DNA of 64,000 nucleotides from NCBI GenBank assembly GCA_963677925.2, contig CAXXYH010000004.1, positions 1,440,001 to 1,504,000 of the forward strand, read 5' to 3'. The DNA comes from Spirochaetia bacterium (lineage in GTDB: Bacteria > Spirochaetota > Spirochaetia > UBA9216). A program made the translations under genes and the position numbers. Shown piece after piece: positions 9,405-19,024 of the stretch. Each line of letters opens with the position of its first letter. The first letter of the stretch is position 1. Below the pieces are notes generated by a model. The model was not told the origin of the DNA, ran no database searches, and worked only from the letters and a program-made list of their open reading frames with translations.

Positions 9405-10460
9405 ATGAAAAGAACAGCTGTCATGATCCTGGCGGCGCTGGTGATGCTTGCCGTCACCGGAGGAATGGTTCTTGCTGAAGGTCAGCAGGAAAAAGCAGAT
9501 GGAGGTTTTGTTGTAGGTTTCAGCAATGGTTACATTGGTAACGGCTGGAGAACACAGATGATCGATTCAGTTGAAGACCTTGCCGCATACTACAAGGGTA
9601 AGGGCTGGATTAGTGAAATCGTCATTCAGAATGCCGGTCTTGATACCAACAATCAGATTGGTCAGATCAGAAACATGATTGCCATGGGTGTCGATCTTCT
9701 TCTTATAGATCCCAACTCGGAAACAGCTCTTAATCCTGTAATTGAAGAAGCTAATGATCTGGGAATTCCGGTAATAGCACTTGATGCACCTGTTACAAGT
9801 CCTTACGCAATCAATATCGTTATTGATCAGGTTAAATGGGGTGCTAATCTTGCTCAGTGGTTCTGTGATGAGCTTGGCGGTGAAGGTAATATTGTTATCG
9901 TAAGCGGTATTGCAGGACACCCTGCAAACGTAAACAGACTCAGGGGAATGCATGATGTGCTTAAAAAATATCCCGGCATAAAGGTCCTCACAGAAGTTAA
10001 CGGAAACTGGGATCAGGCAAGCGCACAGCAGGTTGTTTCAAACCTTCTTACTTCATATCCTGAAATTGACGGAGTTCTTACCCAGGACGGTATGGCTCTC
10101 GGTACAGTAAATGCTTTTATTGCCGCCGGCCGTGAAGTTCCTGTGGTTACAGGTGAGCTCATGATGGGATATGTCAAAAAGTGGAAAGAGCTGAAGGATG
10201 CTGATGGATTCTCTTCATATGGTCAGAACAATCCTCCCGGAATAGGTGCCACAGCACTTGGTGTCGGTGTAAGGATGCTTCTCGGTAAGGAACTTAAAGA
10301 CGGTCTTATCGAGGATGAAAACTATCTTTACTACAATGTAAAAGACCATGTAAAGAACGACAATCTGAATACATATTTTGATGAATACCAGTTTGAACCC
10401 GATGCTTACTTTATTGATGAGTGGCTTACGGAAGAAGAACTGGACGCACTTTTCAAGTAA
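9405..10460 (+). CDS. Sugar ABC transporter substrate-binding protein (RbsB-like)
   Basis: GGAGGAG RBS then ATG 9405; signal peptide ending AEGQQE; GFSNGYIGNGWR, GIPVIALD, GNWDQA. Confidence 0.9.
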   Translation: MKRTAVMILAALVMLAVTGGMVLAEGQQEKADGGFVVGFSNGYIGNGWRTQMIDSVEDLAAYYKGKGWISEIVIQNAGLDTNNQIGQIRNMIAMGVDLLLIDPNSETALNPVIEEANDLGIPVIALDAPVTSPYAINIVIDQVKWGANLAQWFCDELGGEGNIVIVSGIAGHPANVNRLRGMHDVLKKYPGIKVLTEVNGNWDQASAQQVVSNLLTSYPEIDGVLTQDGMALGTVNAFIAAGREVPVVTGELMMGYVKKWKELKDADGFSSYGQNNPPGIGATALGVGVRMLLGKELKDGLIEDENYLYYNVKDHVKNDNLNTYFDEYQFEPDAYFIDEWLTEEELDALFK

Positions 10461-10467
10461 CATTTCA

Positions 10468-10486
10468 GGGGGAGGTTTCCTCCCCC
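10468..10486 (+). other. Intercistronic stem-loop after SBP gene
   Basis: GGGGGAGG-TTT-CCTCCCCC with no U-tract; typical mRNA-stabilising hairpin after SBP genes. Confidence 0.6.
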
Positions 10487-10516
10487 GTGTCTTAACTGAA
10501 TTAGGAGACAATTTAT

Positions 10517-12058
10517 ATGATTTCACAGGATTCTATTCTGTTTGAAGCCCGTGGTATAAGTAAATATTTCGGCGGTGTAACAGCCTTATCCGATGCAAAT
10601 CTCCGGATATACAAGGGCCGTATTTGCGGTCTTCTCGGTGCTAACGGTTCCGGAAAGACTACAGTTTCAAGAATTATTACGGGCATTTATCAGCCAAGCG
10701 GCGGAGAGCTACTTTTTAAGGGTGAACCTGCAGGCATAAATTCTCCGGCCGACGCAGCCGCGATGAAGATTTCGATGGTCCATCAGCACCTGAGTCTGAT
10801 TCCGGAGCTGACTGTCTGGCAGAATATCTGTCTTGGTGCCGAGTCTCTTAAGCCGGCAGGGTTTGCAGATGAGAAGGATTCAAGACAGCGTGCTGCCTCA
10901 GTTCTTAAGGAATTTTCAGATACGATAGATCTTGATGCGAAGGCGGGAAGTCTGTCACCGGCAGAAAAACAGATTGTGGAAATATCAAAGGCATTTTATA
11001 AAAAACCTGAAATCCTGATTCTCGATGAGCCCACTGCCGCTCTTGAACAGGAGGAGGTTCGTAAGCTTTTTGAAGTTTTAAGAAGGCTCAAAAAGGATAT
11101 GGCCATGATCTTTATCTCACACCGGATGTGGGAGGTTTTTCAAATATGTGACTCAATCACTGTTTTCAGAAACGGTGTAAGTGTAGGAGACATAGATTTC
11201 GAAGAAGATGGGATGGATGAGCTGAAGATAGTTTCCCTGATTACCGGTGAATCGGCAGGCTGTGAAGAAAGAGAGATTATGCCGGCTGAGCAGCGAATCA
11301 AGGATGAGATCCTCAATATCAGAAATCTTTCAGTAAGAGGTTTACTGAAGGATATAAACCTGAGCGTCAGGAAGGGTGAGATAGTCGGTATCTCCGGTCT
11401 TCAGGGACAGGGGCAGGAAGAACTGCTCCTTGCATTATCCGGATACCTCTCCTCCTCATATGATCGTTTCAGTATCAATGGAATGCCGCTTCATATCAGA
11501 CACCCCAAACAGGCTATAGCACAGGGTATAGTACTGGTTCCCGGTGATCGTAATGAGGAAGGCCTTTTCACCCAGCATGACATTATGAGCAATATTGTTT
11601 TTCCGCAGTTCAGCGGCCGGGACCATAGAGGCCTCCTGAATAAAAGGAAAATCCGCGATGAAGCTGTTTCTGTAATGAAGAAACTTTCAGTCGCAGCCAG
11701 GGATGAAAAGCAGAAGGTCTCGGAACTCAGCGGTGGAAACCAGCAGAAGGTTGTTGTGGGTAAATGGCTGTCACTTAAACCCTCTGTTCTGCTGTTAAGC
11801 GACCCTGCAAAGGGTGTCGATGTGCATGCAAAAGAGGAACTATATAATGTTGTAAGAGAACTGGCAGAGGATGGCACTTCTGTGATTCTTTTTGCAAGCG
11901 ACAATACGGAACTGATTTCACTCTGCGATCGAATCTGTGTAATGTTTGAAGGCTGTATAGTTCAGGATCTTGAAAACGACTGTCTGACAGATGAAATTCT
12001 TGTATCGCATGCACTCAATATGGGCTGTACTGCGAAAGAGGAGGCCGTAAATGGGTAA
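10517..12058 (+). CDS. Sugar ABC transporter ATP-binding protein (RbsA/MglA-like, two ABC domains)
   Basis: GANGSGKT, LDEPT, LSGGNQQKV. Confidence 0.92.
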   Translation: MISQDSILFEARGISKYFGGVTALSDANLRIYKGRICGLLGANGSGKTTVSRIITGIYQPSGGELLFKGEPAGINSPADAAAMKISMVHQHLSLIPELTVWQNICLGAESLKPAGFADEKDSRQRAASVLKEFSDTIDLDAKAGSLSPAEKQIVEISKAFYKKPEILILDEPTAALEQEEVRKLFEVLRRLKKDMAMIFISHRMWEVFQICDSITVFRNGVSVGDIDFEEDGMDELKIVSLITGESAGCEEREIMPAEQRIKDEILNIRNLSVRGLLKDINLSVRKGEIVGISGLQGQGQEELLLALSGYLSSSYDRFSINGMPLHIRHPKQAIAQGIVLVPGDRNEEGLFTQHDIMSNIVFPQFSGRDHRGLLNKRKIRDEAVSVMKKLSVAARDEKQKVSELSGGNQQKVVVGKWLSLKPSVLLLSDPAKGVDVHAKEELYNVVRELAEDGTSVILFASDNTELISLCDRICVMFEGCIVQDLENDCLTDEILVSHALNMGCTAKEEAVNG

Positions 12059-13013
12059 ACTTTTCACAAAATTCAAAACCAGTACAACTTTTCCGGTTTT
12101 TGCGGTTCTGTTCATTCTGGTAATAATCAATGCAATCCTTCAGCCCAGATTTTTCAGTCCGATTGCTTTCAGAATAAACTCGGCAACATTCACACCTCTG
12201 GTCCTTGTCGCCATGGCACAGGGCGTGGCAATCCTGCTTGGAACGATAGATCTTTCCATAGGTGCGGCTGTTACTCTGATTAATGTTGTTATGTCTGTAA
12301 TGATGAGGGATTCCGCCGGTTCAATAATTACGGCCCTTATTGCTGCGGTACTTATAGGACTACTCGTTGGAATTGTAAACGGTGTAACAATAGGAATCCT
12401 GAAGCTGCCGGCAATGGTATCCACCTTTGCCACATCTTCTATCTGGTTCGGCATAGCGCTGATTATTATGCCGCAGCCCGGCGGGTATATTCCTGCATCG
12501 TTTTACCGTCTTTACAAGAAAATGCTGCTGTTCGTTCCGGCGCCGCTTATTCTTGTTGCAATTGCTTTTCTTGTATGGTTTGCCGTAAGCAGACGGCCTC
12601 TCTACCGCTATATTTTTGCAGTAGGCGGAAATGAAAAAGCGGCAGATGCAAGCGGAATTAAAGTATTGTCTGTGAAATTCAAGGCATATATGCTGAGCGG
12701 ATTTTTTACATCGCTTGCTGCAGTTGCGGTAACCTGCCAGGCTGCTTCCGGGGATGCATCAATCGGCCAGCCCTTTACCCTGCAGTCGGTTGCTGCTGTC
12801 ATTGTAGGCGGAGTTGCGTTCAGCGGTGGAAAGGGAACTCTAACCGGAGCTGCCGCGGGGGCGCTTGTTTTCGGGTTTCTAACCAACGTAGTCTTTTTTG
12901 CGAACATTCCCTCACTGTATCAGGATCTTATCCGGGGGATAATTATAATTCTGGCACTTGGTGTTGCAATAATACCAAATCTGAAAATCAGTCCGCTGAA
13001 GGAGGGAATCTGA
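12051..13013 (+). CDS. Sugar ABC transporter permease
   Basis: IDLSIG, AVGGNEKAADASGI, AAVIVGG motifs (BPD_transp_2). Confidence 0.9.
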   Translation: MGKLFTKFKTSTTFPVFAVLFILVIINAILQPRFFSPIAFRINSATFTPLVLVAMAQGVAILLGTIDLSIGAAVTLINVVMSVMMRDSAGSIITALIAAVLIGLLVGIVNGVTIGILKLPAMVSTFATSSIWFGIALIIMPQPGGYIPASFYRLYKKMLLFVPAPLILVAIAFLVWFAVSRRPLYRYIFAVGGNEKAADASGIKVLSVKFKAYMLSGFFTSLAAVAVTCQAASGDASIGQPFTLQSVAAVIVGGVAFSGGKGTLTGAAAGALVFGFLTNVVFFANIPSLYQDLIRGIIIILALGVAIIPNLKISPLKEGI

Positions 13014-13014
13014 T

Positions 13015-13992
13015 ATGTCAAATACACAAATTCTTTCAACAGGTTCCGGCCGTATCAGGCAGCTTATGGAAAACAGAGTAGCCGCCGCTTTTATAATGGC
13101 AGTTCTGCTGTTTCTTGCAGGAGGAGTAATTAACCGCGGCTTCCTCCATCCGGATCATCTTATGAATGTCCTGGGCCTGTCTTCCTTTCTGGGGATAGTA
13201 GTTCTGGCTCAGACCCTAATTATAATTTCAGGAGGGGAGGGAATCGACCTTTCTGTGGGCAGTATAATTTCACTAAGTACTGTTATGGCTTCACAGATAA
13301 TGGCAGGAAGCAACGGCAGGCTGCTGCCGGCATTGATTGCAGTTCTTGCTGCAGGCTTCGCGATAGGTCTTGTTAACGGCGCCGGTATTTCCTTCCTGAA
13401 AATACCGCCCCTGGTTATGACTCTTGCGATGTCCAGTGTAGTACAGGGGATAGCCCTTGTGTATACCGGAGGGCAGCCGAAGGGCAGGGCTTCTTCACTG
13501 CTTGTTGCAGCAGGTTCGGGGCGCAGCGGGGCAGTACCGAATATCCTTTTTATATGGATTGTAATTATTATTGCCGGTGTACTGCTGCTTGAATCGACTA
13601 AAACGGGTAAAATAGTATACGGTATGGGTGCCAACCGGACCACCGCTGAACTGTCCGGTATCAGGACAAAAAGAACAAGATTTTTCGTTTATGGTTTCAG
13701 CGGGATGATTTCTGCTGTTGCCGGAATATGTCTTCTAGGCTATACAGGAACTTCCTACCTGGATCTGGGATCCGCATATGTTATGCCGACTATAGCCGCT
13801 GCTGTAATCGGCGGGGTTGCCCTCTCCGGCGGTACAGGAAGCTACCTGGGCGCAGTTGCAGGAACAATTGTATTAACAACTCTGAACAGCATCATGGTCA
13901 GCCTGAAATCCGGAGAGGGAGGCAGACAGATAGTATACGGGGCTGTGATTCTTATAGTTCTGACAATTTATTCTAAAAGAGAGAGGAGATAA
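13015..13992 (+). CDS. Sugar ABC transporter permease
   Basis: GIDLSVG, GANRTTAELSGI, AAAVIGG motifs. Confidence 0.9.
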   Translation: MSNTQILSTGSGRIRQLMENRVAAAFIMAVLLFLAGGVINRGFLHPDHLMNVLGLSSFLGIVVLAQTLIIISGGEGIDLSVGSIISLSTVMASQIMAGSNGRLLPALIAVLAAGFAIGLVNGAGISFLKIPPLVMTLAMSSVVQGIALVYTGGQPKGRASSLLVAAGSGRSGAVPNILFIWIVIIIAGVLLLESTKTGKIVYGMGANRTTAELSGIRTKRTRFFVYGFSGMISAVAGICLLGYTGTSYLDLGSAYVMPTIAAAVIGGVALSGGTGSYLGAVAGTIVLTTLNSIMVSLKSGEGGRQIVYGAVILIVLTIYSKRERR

Positions 13993-13993
13993 A

Positions 13994-15259
13994 GTGAACT
14001 CAAAGCAGAAAATACAGACAGCAGTAAATCATCAGTCAGGCCCTGTCCCTGTTGATTTCGGCGGATTCCCGACTACAGGAATCCATGTGACTATGGTTGA
14101 AGAATTGAGAAAATTTTACGGCCTCGATGATAAACCGGTAAAAGTATTTGAACCATATCAGATGCTTGGAGAAATAGATGATGACCTTCGCGAGGCTTTA
14201 GGTATAGATACAAAACCTCTCTGGAGTCCATGGACCATGTATGGTTTTGAAAATGAAAATTACCGTCCGTGGACTGCTCCATGGGGCCAGAATCTTATGG
14301 TTCCTGAGGGTTTTGTTGTAACTGAAAAGGCCGGTGCCCTTTCAATATATGCCGGCGGTGATACCGGTTATCCTCCGGCTGCGGTTATGCCTGAGGGCGG
14401 ATTTTTCTTTGATTCAACAATCCGGCAGAAGCCGATTGTTGAAGGCGAACTTAAGGTTGAAGATAATCTCGAGGAATTCGGCCCGGTTTCAGACAAGGAT
14501 CTGGATTACTACGCTGATGCTGCATCAGGCCTTAATGATTCTGATTATTACGTTGTCGGAAACCTTGGCGGGACTGCGATAGGTGATATAGCCTGTGTTC
14601 CCGGGCCCGGACTTAAAGATCCCAAGGGTATAAGGGATGTAACTGAATGGTATATGTCAACTGCAATGAGGCAGGATTTTCTCCATGAAATATTTACCAG
14701 GCAGACTGATATTGCCATAGATAATCTTAAGAAAATCCATTCAGTTCTCGGCGATGTAATACAGACGGCCTATATCTGCGGAAATGATTTCGGTACACAG
14801 AACGGTCCATTCTGCTCGGTAGAAACTTTCACTTCACTTTACGCCCCTTATTATGTCCGAATCAATAAATGGATACATGAGAATACCAACTGGAAGGTAT
14901 TCAAGCATTCCTGCGGTTCAATAAGGCCGCTCCTGCGTGAAATTATTGAAACAGGCTTTGATATCATCAACCCGGTCCAGTGGACAGCTTCGGATATGGA
15001 TATGAATATGCTGAAGAATGAATACGGCAGGGATGTAGTCTTCTGGGGAGGGGGCGTGGATACTCAGAAAACTCTTCCATTCGGTACACCTGAAGAAGTC
15101 CGTGCTGAAGTTCTTAAAACCTGCGAGGTCTTTTCCAGAGACGGAGGCTTTGTATTCAATACAATCCATAATGTTCAGGCAATGACACCGATCAGGAACC
15201 TTGCAGCAATGATTGAAGCTGTAAAGGAATTCAATGGAGAGCAGTTTATAAAGGTATAA
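13994..15259 (+). CDS. Uroporphyrinogen decarboxylase / MtaA-CmuA-like family protein
   Basis: DFGTQ, HSCG, GFDIINPVQ, FWGGGVDTQ..LPFGTPEEV, GGFVFNTIHN; GTG start right after permease stop. Confidence 0.85.
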   Translation: MNSKQKIQTAVNHQSGPVPVDFGGFPTTGIHVTMVEELRKFYGLDDKPVKVFEPYQMLGEIDDDLREALGIDTKPLWSPWTMYGFENENYRPWTAPWGQNLMVPEGFVVTEKAGALSIYAGGDTGYPPAAVMPEGGFFFDSTIRQKPIVEGELKVEDNLEEFGPVSDKDLDYYADAASGLNDSDYYVVGNLGGTAIGDIACVPGPGLKDPKGIRDVTEWYMSTAMRQDFLHEIFTRQTDIAIDNLKKIHSVLGDVIQTAYICGNDFGTQNGPFCSVETFTSLYAPYYVRINKWIHENTNWKVFKHSCGSIRPLLREIIETGFDIINPVQWTASDMDMNMLKNEYGRDVVFWGGGVDTQKTLPFGTPEEVRAEVLKTCEVFSRDGGFVFNTIHNVQAMTPIRNLAAMIEAVKEFNGEQFIKV

Positions 15260-15297
15260 TCAGATAATGTGACTTGTATTATCTATAGCTTTTCAAT

Positions 15298-15326
15298 AAA
15301 AAAGGCTGCACAAATGCAGCCTTTTT
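15298..15326. terminator. Bidirectional intrinsic terminator
   Basis: AAAAAGGCTGCA-CAAA-TGCAGCCTTTTT between convergent genes. Confidence 0.85.
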
Positions 15327-15349
15327 CTATATTAAAATTTTAATGGTTA

Positions 15350-16396
15350 TCAGAAATACAATCCTGCGCCAAGCAGAATTACAACTCCGTCAAAGGCTGT
15401 TTCCGTGTAGAAAACACGCAGGCTCAGTCCGGCAATGTAAAGAGTTCCGGTTACACCGATAAATGGTGTGGAAAAAGCACTTCCCAGCTGCGGGCTGACC
15501 TCGGCGCCAAGACCCAGGGCAATGCTTTCAGGGTTTCCGAAGTAAAAGTTTGTGCCGACAAGGATGTCGGTGTCTTCTGTATAGTCAATCGGTGCCATTG
15601 TATCAATATATACACCCATTCCGAATGCTTCGCCGAATGGAATCAACCCCCCGGCATATAAGCCCCAGGCCAGAGTATCGTAAGCATCAAATGCTCCGCC
15701 TAACTGGGCACCGATATCGAATCTGAATCGAGCATCGGATTTGGGTTTTGATGAAGATGTTGTTCTGGCAGATGTGCTGTCTTTGCTTACATCAACCATC
15801 CCTGTATCATCAGAGCCTGAGCTTCCGCCTATCATTGCACTTGGTTCTTCTGCAGGTTCCGGCTCTTCGGGCGGTGCGGGTGTTGATGCAACTGCAGGAA
15901 CCTCGGCACCTGTAAGCCGGGCAACGATTATTTCGCTGTCGTCTACAAGCTCATCAAGATCGGCATATTTACCTGATACACTGTTCTTTGTTTCTCCGGT
16001 TTCAACCTCTACCAGGCTCATGTTCAGAATCATTCTCGATCCGATTCGGCCGAGGCTTCCTATTACAATATACTGGGCAGCAAGCAGTCTACCTACTTCA
16101 AGCTGACAGCTTTCATCTGTACATCCTCCGTATGAAAACTGCAGTTCACTCAGGATTGTCTCCCGCTGGGTTCTGTCTATGACCCTGTACTTTGCAGTAG
16201 CGACGAGATGTCCGGACAGAAAATCGGTTAGAATAAGAGCTTCCTGCTCGGAAACCTGGCTGACTCTGAAGTCGAGTACAGTTAAAACAGGTTTATCAAT
16301 CTGGCCGTATACATTAAACCCTGCAGATAAGAGAAATATCAGCAGAAGAAAAACGGTTTTGACGGTGCTTTTATAGTGCTTCTCCATACTATCCAT
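15350..16396 (-). CDS. CsgG/TolB_N-like domain protein with Pro/Ser-rich linker and putative C-terminal beta-barrel
   Basis: Signal peptide; RVIDRTQRETILSELQFSYGGCTDESCQLEVGRLLAA; amphipathic beta strands ending ...GAGLYF; start uncertain (16396 or 16387). Confidence 0.7.
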   Translation of the reverse strand: MDSMEKHYKSTVKTVFLLLIFLLSAGFNVYGQIDKPVLTVLDFRVSQVSEQEALILTDFLSGHLVATAKYRVIDRTQRETILSELQFSYGGCTDESCQLEVGRLLAAQYIVIGSLGRIGSRMILNMSLVEVETGETKNSVSGKYADLDELVDDSEIIVARLTGAEVPAVASTPAPPEEPEPAEEPSAMIGGSSGSDDTGMVDVSKDSTSARTTSSSKPKSDARFRFDIGAQLGGAFDAYDTLAWGLYAGGLIPFGEAFGMGVYIDTMAPIDYTEDTDILVGTNFYFGNPESIALGLGAEVSPQLGSAFSTPFIGVTGTLYIAGLSLRVFYTETAFDGVVILLGAGLYF

Positions 16397-16513
16397 TTTA
16401 TTATCTTTGAAGACAAAACTCAACACTTATATTTTATCGCATTCATCATAAATTTCTATGTGAAAATCGTGGTTGACAGTAATTATGGAATATCTGGTAT
16501 ACTGAAGGCCGTT

Positions 16514-17560
16514 ATGGCAAGTATTTATGATGTGGCAAAAGCAGCAGGTGTTTCTCCGTCTACTGTCTCCTTTGTTCTTAACGGCAAAGGTGAAAAAATG
16601 CGAATCGCAAAAAAAACCATTGATAATATCAGGAAGGCTGCAAGTACTCTGGGCTATATACCAAATGTGGCTGCAAGGAAGCTGACCAGTAAAACGGCTC
16701 TAATCTCATCGCCTGAAGTAGCTGTACTCTGGTCTCCATATCAGCATTTTTCATTCCTGAATAATTTTATAGATAAGGCGCAGGCACTGATTAGTAAGGG
16801 CGAACTCCCTGAAATGCGGTTTTCAGTAATTCCTTTTGAAGAGGGAGCACTGAGTAAATACTCCAGTGTTTTTTTTAATACAGGTTATAATGGCATCATA
16901 GTTCCCCCTATTTCTGCCGAGGATTTAGCTTTTCTGAATAACCTCAACATTTCAACGCCCCTTATTCTGCTTTATGGTAATTCTGATAAACATTCGGTAA
17001 TTAAGGTAGATAATTTGAAAGCAGGCAAACTTGCAGCAGAAGTCTTTTGCGAAAAAGGTATGAACAGTGTTGTCATGATTACAGAGAAGCGTTCCAATAT
17101 ACATACCAATATAGCCAGCAGGAAAAACAGTTTTTCAGCAGCCTGTGAGGAAAAAGGAATTTCGGTAATTGAGATAGAGATTCCGGAAAATCTTAATCTA
17201 AATCTGAAAAACATTCTGAATCCCGATGTAGGTAAATGGTGTTCGGATAAAATTCTTGAGCTTGGCAGTCGTCCAAAAGGGATTTTTGTTCAGAATGATC
17301 TGATAGCCTACAATCTGATTAATGCCTTAAAAGATTCAGGATTTGATATTCCGGTTGATATGGAAGTAATTGCCTATGGATCTGCCATGATTGCAGAAAT
17401 CAGTTCCCCTACTATTACCACTATTGATCATGATTATGAACAAATAAATTCAGAAGCTTTAAAGATGATGGCCGAACTTCTGGTTGATTCCATGTCCGGA
17501 CCCAGAACTAAAATTATTGATACTAAGGTTGTTTTCAGAAATAGCTGTCCGGAAATGTGA
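16514..17560 (+). CDS. LacI-family transcriptional regulator
   Basis: MASIYDVAKAAGVSPSTVS HTH, GIFVQND, PTITTI, VFRNSC; start moved to ATG 16514. Confidence 0.9.
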   Translation: MASIYDVAKAAGVSPSTVSFVLNGKGEKMRIAKKTIDNIRKAASTLGYIPNVAARKLTSKTALISSPEVAVLWSPYQHFSFLNNFIDKAQALISKGELPEMRFSVIPFEEGALSKYSSVFFNTGYNGIIVPPISAEDLAFLNNLNISTPLILLYGNSDKHSVIKVDNLKAGKLAAEVFCEKGMNSVVMITEKRSNIHTNIASRKNSFSAACEEKGISVIEIEIPENLNLNLKNILNPDVGKWCSDKILELGSRPKGIFVQNDLIAYNLINALKDSGFDIPVDMEVIAYGSAMIAEISSPTITTIDHDYEQINSEALKMMAELLVDSMSGPRTKIIDTKVVFRNSCPEM

Positions 17561-17638
17561 ATTATCAGCAAAATTGCTGTTGATTTGAGTAAAATCTCAA
17601 AAATTATTTGTCGGGATGTAAAATCTCTGTTTCACCTG

Positions 17639-17835
17639 ATGCCTGATTTTAAGGCTGTAAAGGAAGAAAAACAAGTTTTTTGATACGGAGCGAGTGTTAC
17701 GGTTTTGTTCCGATGGTTGTAAAGAAGGATGAATGGGGTGAAATGGTTTTTGATTATATGAAGAAGATTACTGAAAAAGCAGGACTTAATGCAAAGTTCC
17801 GCTGGTCTGGAGATGAGGTCATTATAAGCAGCTGA
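17639..17835 (+). pseudogene. Possible gene remnant / small ORF
   Basis: 14-codon ORF (17639-17683) and 40-codon ORF (17713-17835, MVVKKDEWGEMVFDYMKK...) that join into one frame if one base is added to the T6 run at 17676-17681. Confidence 0.3.
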
Positions 17836-17908
17836 ACAGTAAGGATATCTATGGATTTGTTATGGGATTATGCTATAATTTCTGATATTACAAAAACAGG
17901 AGCACCGT

Positions 17909-18976
17909 ATGCGCAGACTTGTAATTCTTATAATGTTTTTTACCGCTGCAGTTATTTATTCACAGGATAAAGAGCTTGTATCAATTCTGGATTTTACCGG
18001 TACGGAGATATCTGAGAGCGAGCTTGGCGCCCTTACCGACTACTTTTCAGGCTACATTGTTGAGACAAAGAAATTTGATGTGATTGAGATTGAAGAAAGG
18101 GATAGAATCCTCTCGGAACTTCAGTTTTCGATGACGGGTTGTGTCGACCAGTCCTGTCAGCTTGAAATTGGCCGTCTTCTGCAGGCAAATCAGATTATTG
18201 TCGGAAGCGTAGGAAAGATTGCCGATTACTACATGCTGAATGTAAAGATGCTGGAAGTTGAAACCGGCAAAACCTTAAAGTCTCAGTCGAAAAAATATAA
18301 TGATCTGCGGGCGATGATTGATGACAGCCGAAAGTATGTATTTGAGCTGGTCAATGATCGGGACTCGATGTACACAGCAAGCGAGCGTGAAGTTCAGAAT
18401 GATTACTACAACAGCCTTCTTGACGGCTATGACCCAGACAGGTTCTACACCTGGCTTGAGGAAAAGGGCTACACCGACTACTACATTGCCGGCGACGGTT
18501 ATATCAAGAGCTCATATATAAAAGAGTACAAGCAGAAAGAGCTCGGGATGCGTTTTACCCTAAGCCCGGAGATTGGATATACTCCGATGTTCTGGTATGA
18601 ACCTGTATATCAGGATCTTGATGGGGATAGTTTTTTTGAGAGTGAAGGAGAATACCTTGGACTTGAATATACAGGAATCAAAAATGATATAAGGGTTGGA
18701 GTAATTGCATCCTTCCAGCCGTATTATAAATGGGGATTAGGAGTATTAAGTTCTTTTGATCTTGGTGATGAATTTAACTGGTGTATAGGTGCATATTCTG
18801 CGTATGGAAATAAAAATGATGGTTTAGCTATCGGATTATCAGCCGAATTATCTACAGCCTGTATGTTTGAAGGTGGAGTTCTGCTTTTTTATAAGGGGTT
18901 ACACGCAAAAATTTCTGCCGGCGTATGGGATAGACTGTATTACCTCGGCATTTCTGCCGGTTACTCATTCTTCTGA
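17909..18976 (+). CDS. CsgG/TolB_N-like domain outer-membrane protein
   Basis: Extended -10 TGCTATAAT (17871-17879), RBS AGGAG, signal peptide, RDRILSELQFSMTGCVDQSCQLEIGRLL, C-terminus ...GISAGYSFF. Confidence 0.7.
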   Translation: MRRLVILIMFFTAAVIYSQDKELVSILDFTGTEISESELGALTDYFSGYIVETKKFDVIEIEERDRILSELQFSMTGCVDQSCQLEIGRLLQANQIIVGSVGKIADYYMLNVKMLEVETGKTLKSQSKKYNDLRAMIDDSRKYVFELVNDRDSMYTASEREVQNDYYNSLLDGYDPDRFYTWLEEKGYTDYYIAGDGYIKSSYIKEYKQKELGMRFTLSPEIGYTPMFWYEPVYQDLDGDSFFESEGEYLGLEYTGIKNDIRVGVIASFQPYYKWGLGVLSSFDLGDEFNWCIGAYSAYGNKNDGLAIGLSAELSTACMFEGGVLLFYKGLHAKISAGVWDRLYYLGISAGYSFF

Positions 18977-19024
18977 TCGTTACTGCTTTTTCTGCTTAAG
19001 TAAATTCTCCAGCTGATTCCATTT

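Noticed and set aside
13994-15259. hemE (true uroporphyrinogen decarboxylase)
   Set aside because: Lacks the RQAGR motif, has the HxC zinc motif, and sits in a sugar operon
16376-16513. N-terminal extension of the second LacI in the ORF track
   Set aside because: Overlaps the divergent gene and promoter-like sequence; the HTH starts at 16514
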